Shown piece after piece: positions 1 through 9,608 of a stretch of DNA of 38,738 nt (positions are counted from its first letter, which is position 1; each line of letters begins with the position of its first letter). Under the pieces are notes generated by a model. It saw nothing but the letters and a program-made list of their open reading frames with translations. It was not told the origin of the DNA and searched no databases. Position numbers and translations under genes: made by a program. The DNA is from Bdellovibrionota bacterium. GTDB lineage: Bacteria > Bdellovibrionota > UBA1018 > UBA923. The stretch lies in contig JBFMCE010000032.1 of assembly GCA_040754655.1 (NCBI GenBank), positions 1 to 38,738 of the forward strand, read 5' to 3'.

Positions 1-113
1 AACTTAAGCGGTTAAGGGGAAAGTTTTACAACTTGGCCGGGACTCAATGAGCCGTTGGATCAGTTTTTGAAATAGCCCGATCTCTGAAGACCAAAATTTC
101 GAATCGGGGGCTT

Positions 114-2549
114 ATGAAAATTTTTCTATTGGCATGCTTGTGGCTGGTTTCTGTGGGTTCAACTGCGAATGCGCAGGTTTTGAGCGGAAATGGAAACTTA
201 CCTACGAAATACAGTTCGCTGGGAACCCTTGTTCAGGGCTACTTTCCCCGATCAACTTCTTTGGTTTTCTATCCAAAAGCCACTACTCTTTCAAAAGTAG
301 AATATCCGGTGACGCGATACCGGGTTTTCTTGGAAACTTCGGCAACCACTTCTACCTACAAAGAACTTACGCCTCAGAGCAGTCCGAGCGCCGTTGTGAG
401 CGGCAATACTTCTGGTCAGTGGGGATTTTTAGCTGAAGTCAGTCAATTGAAGTCAGGAACAAGATTTTATTTTAGGATGTGTGCTTTTCCTGTGACTGCC
501 GGGCGTGCAATTTATTGTACAACGCGTTTCTATGGCACGACGAATGCTGCCGTCGCTCCGACACCGACTCCGACACCAACGCCACGCCCTAGCCCGACGC
601 CGGTGCCAACCGCAACTCCGACACCACGTCCAAGTCCGACACCCGTGCCTACACCTACTCCAACTCCTGTACCAACACCAACGCCACGGCCGAGTCCGAC
701 GCCCACTCCGACTTCCGTTCCGACACCTACTCCAACGCCGGTGCCAACGCCCACTCCTACTCCGCGTCCAAGTCCAACACCGACGCCGGTACCGAGCCCA
801 ACACCTACTCCAGTACCTACTCCGTCCCCAGGGCCAGTCGCAGACAACTCAAGATCACCGCTAGGAACGAATCTTGGGGCACCAGCGAGTTGGCATCCTG
901 ATTGGGCGTTTGTTGATCAGTTCGTCAAAGCTCGCGATTGGATTCCAGGAACCACCTTCGCAAGCGGCCAGTGCGGCGCGCAGTGGAATTCAGGCCAATC
1001 AATGACCATGGATTCCAAAGGTTGGGTCGTTGATGCGCCCGCCGGTGTATGTCCGCACACGCTGATTATGGATTCAGGAACTGCGCAAATAGGCCAGTAT
1101 GTCATGCTCTGGGAAGGTTCCGGCGACATCGGTGTAAGACATGACGCCAGGAATTTTCGCGTCACCGGACCAGGTCGCGCGGTATTTGACCTACCCGCCT
1201 CGACTACGGGCGGAGTGAATGTGGTCTTAAATTCGTTTGACCGCGCTAATCCTGTTCGAAATATCCGCGTGATCTCACCCGGGGGCGTGTGTGGCCGCTC
1301 GGTGAATCAGTTGAACTTTCTTAAGGGATGTTCAACCGCTCGCGGGGGAGCTGGATCTTGCGATGCGGGAGACAGCTGTTTTGATTTCGAGCAGGTTTAT
1401 TGGAATCGTTTCTCTGATCCAGTGAGTGCGATGAACAACCCAAAGGCTGTGTTTCATCCCGCTTCTCTTGATCGACTGAAGAAATTTCGGGCGGTCAGGT
1501 TCATGGATTGGATGCATACCAATGACTTCTCTCGAATCACCTCGTGGAGCCAGCGCTCTACGGTTGACCGGCAACCCGCGTTCCGTGGCGGTTATGGCAT
1601 TGCTTACGAATTCATGGTGGCCATGGCCAATGTGCTGAAAGCCGATCCGTGGATCAATATTCCGCATCAAGCTAATGACGATTACGTAAATCAAATCGCC
1701 CGATTGTTCAGAGACTCGTTAAGTCCTGAACTCAAAACCTATGTTGAATACACCAACGAAGCGTGGAATTCGGCTTATGCTTATCCTCAAAGCGGTTACA
1801 CGCGAACTCAAGAAGGTTGCGTGTACAATGCTTCGAATTATCAATGGTCGAACTGTCCAGACTGGGGTCGAAGATTCTACGCTCAAAGAACGCGTCAGAT
1901 CATGAACATCTGGACGAACATTTACGGAGAGGCAAGCCTCAATAGAATTGTTCGAGTCATCGGTGCCTTCTCTGGTTATCCTGATTGGAACGTCGAGATC
2001 ATGCGCCACTGGGGAGACAATTCAGGGACAAATCGCAGGGCAGATGCCCTAGCGATTGCGCCTTACTTCGGCGGAAGCATGGGAAGCGAGCCTGAGGTCA
2101 GCAGTTGGACGACCGACATCTTGTTTAACCAAATCTTTAATGGAGGAAGGCTCGGCCAATCGCAGTCTGCCTTAAAGTCGGTTGAATCACAGATCACCAG
2201 GGGGGCGACTCTGGCAAATCAGTATGGGCTTGACCTGATCAGCTATGAGGGGGGTCAGCATCTTGTCGGAGTGGGAAATCTTCAGAATGATATCAATATG
2301 CAGAACTTGTTTATCGCTGCGAACAGGGATCCGAGGATGGGCCAGGCATATACCCAGTACCTGAATACGTGGAGGAACAATGGCGGGAAGCTGTTCATGA
2401 GCTTCACCCATATGGATGTCTACTCGAAGTGGGGAAGCTTCGGCACTTTGGAGTACCTCATGCAACCCACGTCATCAGCTCCAAAATTCAATGCGCTCAT
2501 GAATTTCATCGACGCGAATTCTTGCTGGTGGAACGGATGTGAGCGGTAA
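114..2549 (+). CDS. Secreted modular glycoside hydrolase-like ('cellulose-binding protein'-type) protein: signal peptide, FN3-like beta domain, Pro/Thr linker, TIM-barrel catalytic-like domain
   Basis: N-terminal signal peptide ending ANA|Q; ~95-aa PT linker; C-terminal domain with clan GH-A-like motifs VEYTNEAWN (putative acid/base) and YEGGQH (putative nucleophile), plus RFMDWMHTN and PWINIPH. Exact CAZy family not assignable by eye. Confidence 0.7.
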   Translation: MKIFLLACLWLVSVGSTANAQVLSGNGNLPTKYSSLGTLVQGYFPRSTSLVFYPKATTLSKVEYPVTRYRVFLETSATTSTYKELTPQSSPSAVVSGNTSGQWGFLAEVSQLKSGTRFYFRMCAFPVTAGRAIYCTTRFYGTTNAAVAPTPTPTPTPRPSPTPVPTATPTPRPSPTPVPTPTPTPVPTPTPRPSPTPTPTSVPTPTPTPVPTPTPTPRPSPTPTPVPSPTPTPVPTPSPGPVADNSRSPLGTNLGAPASWHPDWAFVDQFVKARDWIPGTTFASGQCGAQWNSGQSMTMDSKGWVVDAPAGVCPHTLIMDSGTAQIGQYVMLWEGSGDIGVRHDARNFRVTGPGRAVFDLPASTTGGVNVVLNSFDRANPVRNIRVISPGGVCGRSVNQLNFLKGCSTARGGAGSCDAGDSCFDFEQVYWNRFSDPVSAMNNPKAVFHPASLDRLKKFRAVRFMDWMHTNDFSRITSWSQRSTVDRQPAFRGGYGIAYEFMVAMANVLKADPWINIPHQANDDYVNQIARLFRDSLSPELKTYVEYTNEAWNSAYAYPQSGYTRTQEGCVYNASNYQWSNCPDWGRRFYAQRTRQIMNIWTNIYGEASLNRIVRVIGAFSGYPDWNVEIMRHWGDNSGTNRRADALAIAPYFGGSMGSEPEVSSWTTDILFNQIFNGGRLGQSQSALKSVESQITRGATLANQYGLDLISYEGGQHLVGVGNLQNDINMQNLFIAANRDPRMGQAYTQYLNTWRNNGGKLFMSFTHMDVYSKWGSFGTLEYLMQPTSSAPKFNALMNFIDANSCWWNGCER
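555..836 (+). repeat. Low-complexity Pro/Thr(Ser/Val/Arg) linker repeat within the CDS
   Basis: Translates as [16 protein letters not shown]... Codons vary between units, so it is a protein-level repeat and not a DNA array. Confidence 0.95.
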
Positions 2550-2560
2550 CCGTTTTCGAG

Positions 2561-3409
2561 TTAGGGCATCGGAAAGCCGATTGAGTGTTTGATCGTCGAG
2601 TATTCCGGGTGGATCGCGCCTGATCGAGTTCGAATGACGAGATCAGGTTCTTTCCAGGTTTGATGGCGAACGCTTTCTGGCAGATGATCTGAACGGATCA
2701 TGCAAAACAATCCAAGAAGCGGTTTTTCGCCTTCTTTCAAAATAACGTTTCGTCTTTTGACGACCGTGAGATGCGAGCCTAGGGCGGCCTTCAACACGCG
2801 ATCTTCTTGACGTATTGGCTCAATCGGAAAAACGCATGAGAAGACGCCTCCTGGTGCGAGGTGCCTCGATGCGACTTGGCAATAGTCATCGATGTTTCCC
2901 CTCGCCTCGAAACGACATGCGATTTTTTGCTCATGGTCTGAGAGAATTCCTGCATCGAGCGGAAAATACGGAGGACTGCCTAAGATCAGGTCGAAAGATT
3001 CCTCGGGTGAAAGAGCTTGAAGGTCTCGAAAATCGCTCTGCCTGATTTCATAACGAGAAGACAAGCCATTCAGCGCGGCTGAACGTCGTGCCAGATCCAC
3101 GCTAATTTTTTGCGCTTCGATAGTGACGAACTGCGCTCCTGGCAGTCTCCATGCAGCGATCATCCCCACCGAACCGATGCCGCTGCCAAGGTCGAGAACC
3201 CGGTGCGCCGACGGACAGAGGCTTGTGCCGTACCAGGCTACCAGAAGGTCATCTGTTGAGTAGCGATGGCCTTGTTTGAGTTGCAAGATCTTGAAATGAC
3301 CACTCAAAGCATCGCAGCTCACCTCTTGAGCTTCTTGTGGATCAAGTTCTATGCGCCACGACTCTGGAATCAACGGTCCCGGGACCGCCCAGTTCTTAAA
3401 TTTTTTCAA
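2561..3409 (-). CDS. SAM-dependent N6-adenine-type methyltransferase (TrmN6/YfiC-like)
   Basis: GHRYSTDDLL, motif I VLDLGSGIG, motif IV variant FDLILGSPPYF. TTG start overlaps the upstream stop. Confidence 0.8.
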   Translation of the reverse strand: MKKFKNWAVPGPLIPESWRIELDPQEAQEVSCDALSGHFKILQLKQGHRYSTDDLLVAWYGTSLCPSAHRVLDLGSGIGSVGMIAAWRLPGAQFVTIEAQKISVDLARRSAALNGLSSRYEIRQSDFRDLQALSPEESFDLILGSPPYFPLDAGILSDHEQKIACRFEARGNIDDYCQVASRHLAPGGVFSCVFPIEPIRQEDRVLKAALGSHLTVVKRRNVILKEGEKPLLGLFCMIRSDHLPESVRHQTWKEPDLVIRTRSGAIHPEYSTIKHSIGFPMP

Positions 3410-4278
3410 GGTCTGGTTTCCCCGTGTTTCTTACAAAAAGACCACACCTTCTCTACAAAAAGCTTGGGTTCTTCTTGCGCGGGATAATGTGCGCTGCTCT
3501 TGAAGACATGGCATTCCGAGCGCGTAAAAAGTTTTTTTGCGGCCTCGCCCACCGCACTTCCCATCGCAAACTTACCGCCAAGCGCCAACACCGGCACTTT
3601 AAGTTTTTTTCGGCTTATTTTTTGAAAGAAAGCGGCGTCTTTCTCGCGTGTTCTATAATATTCGAGAAATGTTGGCAGTCTTTTGGGGCTGCGATAGGCA
3701 TTTAGAAATTCCTTTCGATCCTCTGGGTCAAGGGATTTCGCGTTGGCTCGAAGGCTGAGAAAAAAATCGAAATACTCGTTTTGATTTTTAGAAATAAGGA
3801 TTTCAGCCAAAGGCTTTTGCCCGTGAAGCCCCACGTGCCATATCGGATAGTGGTCTGCGCCCGGTTTAGGGATGCTGACGCCGATGCCAGGTGGAATTTC
3901 TTCTTCAATCACGACGCTGGAGACCCTTTTTGAAATCTTTGCGAGCGCTGCAGCGACTGATCCGCCCCAATCATGGCCGACGACTGAAAATTTTTCTTCG
4001 TGCTTGAGGACGGAGTCAAGAACTACTTCGATCTCTTTTGCGAGATTTTCTTTCTCGAAGTTTCCATTTTCCGCCAGGCTATCGCCTAGTCCTCTAAGGT
4101 CAATGCAAACCGTCTTGAAGCCTCGAGAGACAAATTGGGGCGCTACCTTGCGCCAATGCAGCGAGGTCAAAGGCCATCCGTGAAGTAAAACAAGAGTATG
4201 GCCCTGTCCTCGCTCCCAAGAAGCGTAGCGGCAATTTTGGACGAAAACCTTGGTTTCAAGTCCCAGCGATGCATGCAT
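3406..4278 (-). CDS. Alpha/beta hydrolase (epoxide hydrolase / haloacetate dehalogenase-like)
   Basis: LLHGWP oxyanion motif, DLRGLGDS, Asp nucleophile GHDWGG, C-terminal SAHYPAQEEP. Confidence 0.85.
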   Translation of the reverse strand: MHASLGLETKVFVQNCRYASWERGQGHTLVLLHGWPLTSLHWRKVAPQFVSRGFKTVCIDLRGLGDSLAENGNFEKENLAKEIEVVLDSVLKHEEKFSVVGHDWGGSVAAALAKISKRVSSVVIEEEIPPGIGVSIPKPGADHYPIWHVGLHGQKPLAEILISKNQNEYFDFFLSLRANAKSLDPEDRKEFLNAYRSPKRLPTFLEYYRTREKDAAFFQKISRKKLKVPVLALGGKFAMGSAVGEAAKKLFTRSECHVFKSSAHYPAQEEPKLFVEKVWSFCKKHGETRP

Positions 4279-4354
4279 CCATGCGCTATACTACGCGGGC
4301 CCGCGGTCTCACAACAAAAGAGCGAAAATGTCTTAGAGTTTATGGCGCTGCGCT

Positions 4355-4609
4355 CTAATCCACCTTATGCTCTGTGCGATGGTGGATCAGGTGCTCGGCT
4401 AGCGTTGCGCCTCTGTCAAAATGTTTGTGGCTTTCCTTAGACACATCCTCAGCCCGTTCAACGAGATCGAGCTTGAGGTTAGGGTTGTTTGTGCGGCTCT
4501 GATAGAATTTTTGACCGCTTCGCCATAAAAAATAAAGAGCCCCTATCCCTAACGCCGCGCCCACGGGTGACTTCAAGAAGTTCAAGTTCATTTGTTGTTG
4601 TTTAAGCAT
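4355..4609 (-). CDS. Small hypothetical single-TM protein with His-rich C-terminus (~84 aa)
   Basis: ATG at 4609 preceded by GAGG; hydrophobic segment VGAALGIGALYFLW; fills the intergenic gap. Confidence 0.55.
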   Translation of the reverse strand: MLKQQQMNLNFLKSPVGAALGIGALYFLWRSGQKFYQSRTNNPNLKLDLVERAEDVSKESHKHFDRGATLAEHLIHHRTEHKVD

Positions 4610-4745
4610 AAGAGTCAAGCCTCATCATTTTTGGTTATTGATCAGACGATCCAAAAATGATTTGAGTTGATGCACAGATCATACCGAGCTTTGTCTGCAA
4701 GAGGGCCGAACGGGCAGCAAAGAATGGCCGTCAACGATTTCTTAT

Positions 4746-5504
4746 TTAGTCGTGCTTGCGATAACTCTGTATTTCGATGACGGATTCAAAGTTGCGCGCG
4801 AGATAAGGGTGCGCGGTTTGAAGAAAGTAAAGCTTTGCTCCGAGAGTTTTAGAGAAGTCTTGCCTCGCTCGTATCATGGCTCTCCAAGTTCCTTTGCCGC
4901 GAAAGGCTTCATACACTGAACCTCCATAGAGCCAGCAGATGTCATCAAGAATCGACATGCAAGCTGTTCCGACAAACTGTTCGCCTTTTTTAAAATTCAA
5001 GATGCGGCTCATCCTTCCGAGTTCGCGGTTGAATGTCCTGTTGAATTGAGGAATCGTATCGTCGCTTAACTTGAAGATGTCGATTGTCATTTTTGAATAG
5101 TCTTTGAAGATTTCTAGGTCTTCAAAATCACCAGCGTAGACAGTGTACTCTTCAAGGACCGGAGCGGAAAACTCTTGAGCCGTGAAACAGTAGAATTCTT
5201 TCTTTTCTTTTTCATAACCTAATTCTTCAAGGAGGCTGCCGTCGACGCCGTTTCGAAAGGTTGGAATGGAAATAAAGGGCTTCTTGATCTCAGGCCTCTC
5301 CTTTTTAAAATTCTCTTCCATCAAAAGGAGATCTTTTTTTTCAAGCGTTTCACCAAGAAACAGGCTCCAACTCAAGCCTGGCATATCCAGCGCGAAAGGA
5401 TAGTAAGCCTTGAACTTAGGGCCCCAAGACTGTTCTTTATCGTGGAGCGCTGAGCGCCAAAGCCTTAAGACGCGGTCAAAGGTTTCTTGTTGAGTCATTT
5501 TCAT
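4746..5504 (-). CDS. GNAT-family acetyltransferase-like protein
   Basis: C-terminal acetyl-CoA-binding motif A-like sequence LYGGSVYEAFRGKGTWRAMI. Confidence 0.65.
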   Translation of the reverse strand: MKMTQQETFDRVLRLWRSALHDKEQSWGPKFKAYYPFALDMPGLSWSLFLGETLEKKDLLLMEENFKKERPEIKKPFISIPTFRNGVDGSLLEELGYEKEKKEFYCFTAQEFSAPVLEEYTVYAGDFEDLEIFKDYSKMTIDIFKLSDDTIPQFNRTFNRELGRMSRILNFKKGEQFVGTACMSILDDICWLYGGSVYEAFRGKGTWRAMIRARQDFSKTLGAKLYFLQTAHPYLARNFESVIEIQSYRKHD

Positions 5505-5547
5505 GCGTCGAAAGTCTTAATCCAAAGCTGCAAATAAATGCAACGAT

Positions 5548-6567
5548 TCACTTAATTTCAGGGGCGAAAAATGGATCTAGGGCGAGTCCGACGAATCCTT
5601 GCCCTTTAATCGCTTGAGAGCGCTCACCGGCGAAGCTGGCCTGGTCCAGGTTTTTTGGTTTCTCTAAACGTTCGTGCCTACGGGTGTCGACTTTGTGCGC
5701 TGATACCTCGACTCCTGCAACGAGGTTTTGCCAAAGCCTCAAGCTTGTGGCGAACCGTGCTTCGAAGCTTGAATTCTCGCCTATTTCGCTGGCAGGCCGC
5801 AAGGTTTGGTTGAGTTCCGCTGCGGCCATCAGCCAGTTCTCAAGGGCTACGCGAACTCGCCCTCCTACCCTTAAGGTCTGATTGTTGCCGTCTCCTGTGC
5901 GGCCGAAACGATAGCTGATAGTAGGACCAATCATCGCCGTAAAGTCAGAATTGGCGTAATACACCCCTGCTTCAATGCCCGGGGCCCAAATCAAAGCGGG
6001 TTTGGATTTGTCTTCTTTTGGCTTCAATTGCAGTTGCATCGAGCCTTCAACATAACCAAGGCCGTAAAGTTGAAGGCCTTCTTTGCCTGTTACTGCTCCT
6101 GCGCCAATGCGAGCGCGATGGAACATGGTGAGTCGGGTGGTCGTATCGCCGTATTCGGCGTCTTCGCTTGGATCTTCGACATGATCGACCCTGAAATTAC
6201 CGGCAAGGCTGAGGTCAAGCAGGAGTAGCTCAGAAAAACCAGGGTTTTCAAAAAGAAAAAGACCGTCAAAGGCCATTCGAAAATTGCCTTCGTCATCGTG
6301 AGGGCGATCTATCACGTGGCGCTGTGGAGGGCCCCAATGAGGGTCAAAACAAAGGCTGAAGGCGCATATGATGCGCCAAGTGAAATATTCCCCGCTGTAC
6401 TGAGTCTGACCGATGCCTACGGCAAACGAACTGAGCTCATGGCCACGAACGAGTTTAAGCTCGGGGACAAGAGAGACGTGGTGTGCCTCATCGGCTCTCA
6501 ACTCAACGGCTGAGCGGAAAACGCCTACGGCAGCCATGATTAAGAAACAAAGATAATGAAGTTTCAA
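5548..6567 (-). CDS. Hypothetical exported protein, possible outer-membrane beta-barrel (~339 aa)
   Basis: TTG at 6567 after AGAGGG gives a signal-peptide-like N-terminus (MKLHYLCFLIMAAVGVFRSA...); alternating amphipathic beta-strand pattern in the C-terminal half. Start position is inferred. Confidence 0.55.
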   Translation of the reverse strand: MKLHYLCFLIMAAVGVFRSAVELRADEAHHVSLVPELKLVRGHELSSFAVGIGQTQYSGEYFTWRIICAFSLCFDPHWGPPQRHVIDRPHDDEGNFRMAFDGLFLFENPGFSELLLLDLSLAGNFRVDHVEDPSEDAEYGDTTTRLTMFHRARIGAGAVTGKEGLQLYGLGYVEGSMQLQLKPKEDKSKPALIWAPGIEAGVYYANSDFTAMIGPTISYRFGRTGDGNNQTLRVGGRVRVALENWLMAAAELNQTLRPASEIGENSSFEARFATSLRLWQNLVAGVEVSAHKVDTRRHERLEKPKNLDQASFAGERSQAIKGQGFVGLALDPFFAPEIK

Positions 6568-6762
6568 GCGCCCTCTATACCTGCGGGTACGTATAGTTCT
6601 TTTGAACTTATAAATCAATTTTATTTTCTTGACCGCTAGCCACGGGAATCGACGGTCAACTGCGCCTCGGACAGGAATTGCCCACCGTGCTGAATGAGCT
6701 AGACTAATGTATTGATTCGAAATATCCAACATGGAACAATGAAATTACGGCTTGATCAACAC

Positions 6763-7992
6763 ATGAAAAAACTACTTTTAATCTCATTGGGTTTTGTCTC
6801 AATATTGGGCTTTTTTGGCTGCGCCACGGGTCCTACGCGCGGTTCAGACCCTTCTTCTGGGGAATTTTCAAGAAAAGACGCGCTATTGAAGGTGGAAGAC
6901 CTTCTAAAGGCGGATGCGAAGATCGAGGTCGAGGATCTGCCTCTTGATGAAAATGAGAAGGCCAACCTCATTTCCGAGGTTACAAGAAAGTCTCGCAGAA
7001 ACATCCCCATTGAAATCAACGAACAGGTCGAAGACTGGATCGCTTTTTTCACGACGAGAGGGCGTGAGCGCTTCAATCGATATCTTAGCAGGGGCAGCGA
7101 GTACCGTGAAACCGTGGTGCGAATTCTAAGGGAAAACCGCATTCCCGAGGACTTGTATTACCTTGCGTTGATTGAGAGCGGTTTCGTCGTGAATGCGAGG
7201 TCTCACCAACAAGCTGTCGGCATGTGGCAATTCATCCGGCCTACGGCCAGGCGCTACGGGTTGCGCGTCAATCGGCACATTGATGATAGAAAAGATCCCA
7301 TCCGCTCAACCAAAGCCGCCGCACGTTACCTGAAGGATCTTCATGGCATGTTCGGCTCTTGGCACTTGGCCATGGCAGCCTATAACGCTGGCGAAGGCCG
7401 TATCATGGGTGCAATTCGCAAGGGGAAGACTCGAGACTTTTGGACGCTGGTAGAGCGCGGGGTGCTTCCGAAAGAGACGATGCACTATGTTCCGAAGTTT
7501 CTAGCGGCCCTCATCATCGGGGAAAACCCGCGTAAATATGGTTTTGATCCCGTCGATCGGAGAGATTATCCCAGGCTAGCCGAAGTACGAGTGCCTGCAA
7601 GCGTGCGTTTTAGCGATTTGGCTAGAGTAACGAGCGTCAGTTACGCGGAATTAAAAAAACTCAATCCACACTACGCACGCGCAGCCACCCCAAGGTCTCC
7701 CGCGAGTTCGAAGATCTGGGTTCCTCAGACGAACCTGAAGGAATTCAGCTACAAAAAGCTAAAACGACTTCGTTCTTCGGAACCTGCGCGTGAAGTCGCT
7801 ATCCACTCAGCCAATGCCGGCTACGGCGTGAACAAGAAATCAAGCTATCACCGGGTACGCCGGGGCGAGAACCTGAGGATGATTGCCGAGCGCTATAAAG
7901 TTTCGGTAAAAAAGCTAAAGCGTGCGAATAGGCTTGGTTCATCTATGCTTCAGGCGGGACAGTACCTCAAAGTGCCTCAAAGAAGCATTTAG
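6763..7992 (+). CDS. mltD: Membrane-bound lytic murein transglycosylase D-like lipoprotein (SLT + LysM)
   Basis: Lipobox FFGC; SLT motifs LIESGF, AVGMWQFI, AAYNAGEG, PKETMHYVPK; C-terminal LysM YHRVRRGENL...ANRL. Confidence 0.85.
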   Translation: MKKLLLISLGFVSILGFFGCATGPTRGSDPSSGEFSRKDALLKVEDLLKADAKIEVEDLPLDENEKANLISEVTRKSRRNIPIEINEQVEDWIAFFTTRGRERFNRYLSRGSEYRETVVRILRENRIPEDLYYLALIESGFVVNARSHQQAVGMWQFIRPTARRYGLRVNRHIDDRKDPIRSTKAAARYLKDLHGMFGSWHLAMAAYNAGEGRIMGAIRKGKTRDFWTLVERGVLPKETMHYVPKFLAALIIGENPRKYGFDPVDRRDYPRLAEVRVPASVRFSDLARVTSVSYAELKKLNPHYARAATPRSPASSKIWVPQTNLKEFSYKKLKRLRSSEPAREVAIHSANAGYGVNKKSSYHRVRRGENLRMIAERYKVSVKKLKRANRLGSSMLQAGQYLKVPQRSI

Positions 7993-8078
7993 AGCGGCAA
8001 TAGCAGCATTTTGGTCGGCGCGAGGAGTTTAAGCCGACCGATAACCTGAGCCAGGTGCGAGCTTTTAACAGAGCTATT

Positions 8079-8094
8079 CGGAATGGTCTTTGCT
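8079..8094 (+). promoter_or_regulatory. Possible sigma54 (-24/-12) promoter
   Basis: CGGAATGGTCTTTGCT has the GG-N10-GC spacing and TTGCT of the consensus TGGCACG-N4-TTGCW; about 48 nt upstream of a small ORF with an SD. Confidence 0.4.
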
Positions 8095-8141
8095 TGTAGG
8101 CTTACTCATTACCTTCCACTTACTAAACAAGCGAGGCGTTT

Positions 8142-8318
8142 ATGCCACAGACAAAGAAAGCCAAACGGCAAAGGCTGGATTCAGCCGGAAGATCAGGCCG
8201 CCCTATTGAAAGCGTGCAAGGCGCCACTAGGCCGATCACAGTGGTGACGAATAAAAGGCCCAAATTCTCGATCTTCAGCAACGCAACGGGTGCGCAGCGC
8301 TCAAAACGCGCGGAATGA
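8142..8318 (+). CDS. Small basic hypothetical protein (58 aa; not in the ORF track)
   Basis: GAGG SD upstream of ATG 8142; MPQTKKAKRQRLDSAGRSGRPIESVQGATRPITVVTNKRPKFSIFSNATGAQRSKRAE; stop abuts the convergent SulP stop at 8319. Confidence 0.45.
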   Translation: MPQTKKAKRQRLDSAGRSGRPIESVQGATRPITVVTNKRPKFSIFSNATGAQRSKRAE

Positions 8319-9608
8319 TCATTCTTTTACAGGATCCGTCGCTGCCGGCTTTCTTAGGCGTTCGAGCAACTGTTTTGATTTTAAAACCAGCGCGATGCCG
8401 ATACCGACCGCTAATCCTTTGAGCAGGTCAGTGGCGAGAATCGCGACAAAGGTCGTAAGCCAGATCAAGCCATCGATGGCATCGTGTTTCATGGTCTCAA
8501 AGAACTTCATGAAGTTCACTAATTTGAAGCCTGTGACGACAAGCACCGCCGCAAGAGCCGTTAAGGGGATCTTCGCCAACAGAAACGGAAAGAGGCCTAC
8601 GAATACCGCGATCCATAATCCGTGTAAGACCGTTGAATAGCGTGATTTTGCTCCGGCGTTGATGTTTGCCGCCGAGCGCACGATGACGCCCGTCATGGGT
8701 AGCCCTCCTAGGGCGGCAGACAAAGTGTTTCCAACGCCTTGAGCGATCAACTCGCGGTTCAAATTCGCCGGAGGTCGCGAGACATTGTTTTGAGACGCGA
8801 GAGTGTCTATGGCTCTGGCGGTAAGCAAAGATTCGGCGCTGGCGACTACGGCTAAGGCAAGCGCGGGTGCGGCGCATTCTAGGATGCGACTCATCCATGC
8901 TAAACTCAAGAGCGATGAAAGTTGTTGTTCGACCACTGGCAGCAAGGGTTCAAAGTTCACACGAGGAAGATCAAAGGGCAGGCTGATCAGGGTCGCGATG
9001 GCAACCGCTGGAAGCGCGCCCGGAAGCCAACTGTATTTCTTTGCTAGTTTTGGCCAGGCGACTTGAACAGCGATAGCGAGTATTCCGCACAAAAGAACGG
9101 GGTTTAAGACGCCCGAAGTGCCGATGGCCTGGTTGAGGGAGCTGCCGATCGAGCCAATCGCACGCCATGCTGATTTTGGCGCATCCGAACCGATCAGCAC
9201 GTGAGATTGACCAGCGAGAATGACAAAGCCTATCGCTGAAAGCATGCCCTCAAGAACGGGCTTGGGAACGAATAAAAAGATTTTTCCCATGCGAAACACA
9301 CCCATTAAAAATTGGATGAATCCGCACATCATCGCGGCGAGCGCAAGCCCTTCGAGCCCGTACTGTTGGATGATCTGGAATACCAACGTCGTAAGACCGG
9401 CGGCTGGGCCGGAAACAACCAAGGGCGCGCCAGATAGAATCCCTACGACGAAGCCGCCGATTACGGCTGTAATAAGGCCTGCTGAGGCGCTGCCGCCTGA
9501 GGCCATTGAGATTCCAAGTGAGAGCGGGATTGCAACTACGCAAACCACAAGGCTTGCGACAAGATCTTCCTTAGTTGGAGTCAACTGCTTTCTGATATTT
9601 GTGGCCAT
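8319..9608 (-). CDS. SulP/SLC26 family anion (probably bicarbonate) transporter without a STAS domain
   Basis: DLVASLVVCVVAIPLSLGISMASG, VSGPAAGL, NRELIAQGVGN, GLPMTGVIVRSAANINAGAKSR; AAGGA SD before ATG 9608; downstream of a beta-carbonic anhydrase. Confidence 0.92.
   Translation of the reverse strand: MATNIRKQLTPTKEDLVASLVVCVVAIPLSLGISMASGGSASAGLITAVIGGFVVGILSGAPLVVSGPAAGLTTLVFQIIQQYGLEGLALAAMMCGFIQFLMGVFRMGKIFLFVPKPVLEGMLSAIGFVILAGQSHVLIGSDAPKSAWRAIGSIGSSLNQAIGTSGVLNPVLLCGILAIAVQVAWPKLAKKYSWLPGALPAVAIATLISLPFDLPRVNFEPLLPVVEQQLSSLLSLAWMSRILECAAPALALAVVASAESLLTARAIDTLASQNNVSRPPANLNRELIAQGVGNTLSAALGGLPMTGVIVRSAANINAGAKSRYSTVLHGLWIAVFVGLFPFLLAKIPLTALAAVLVVTGFKLVNFMKFFETMKHDAIDGLIWLTTFVAILATDLLKGLAVGIGIALVLKSKQLLERLRKPAATDPVKE

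Noticed and set aside
57..84. FliA-type promoter upstream of the first gene (CCCGATCT)
   Set aside because: No acceptable -35 element at the right spacing.
555..836. Possible CRISPR or tandem DNA array
   Set aside because: Units are degenerate at third codon positions, have no spacers and lie in frame within a CDS.
530..847. Gly/Val-repeat ORF on the minus strand and Arg/His-rich ORF 505-864
   Set aside because: Antisense and alternate-frame shadows of the Pro/Thr linker.
6568..6762. N-terminal extensions making ORFs 5548-6732 and 6712-7992 overlap
   Set aside because: Downstream starts give proper signal or lipoprotein peptides and leave a normal AT-rich divergent promoter region.
8013..8039. 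Intrinsic terminator after mltD
   Set aside because: The stem has a 13-nt loop and no U-tract on either strand; kept only as a possible protein-binding site.
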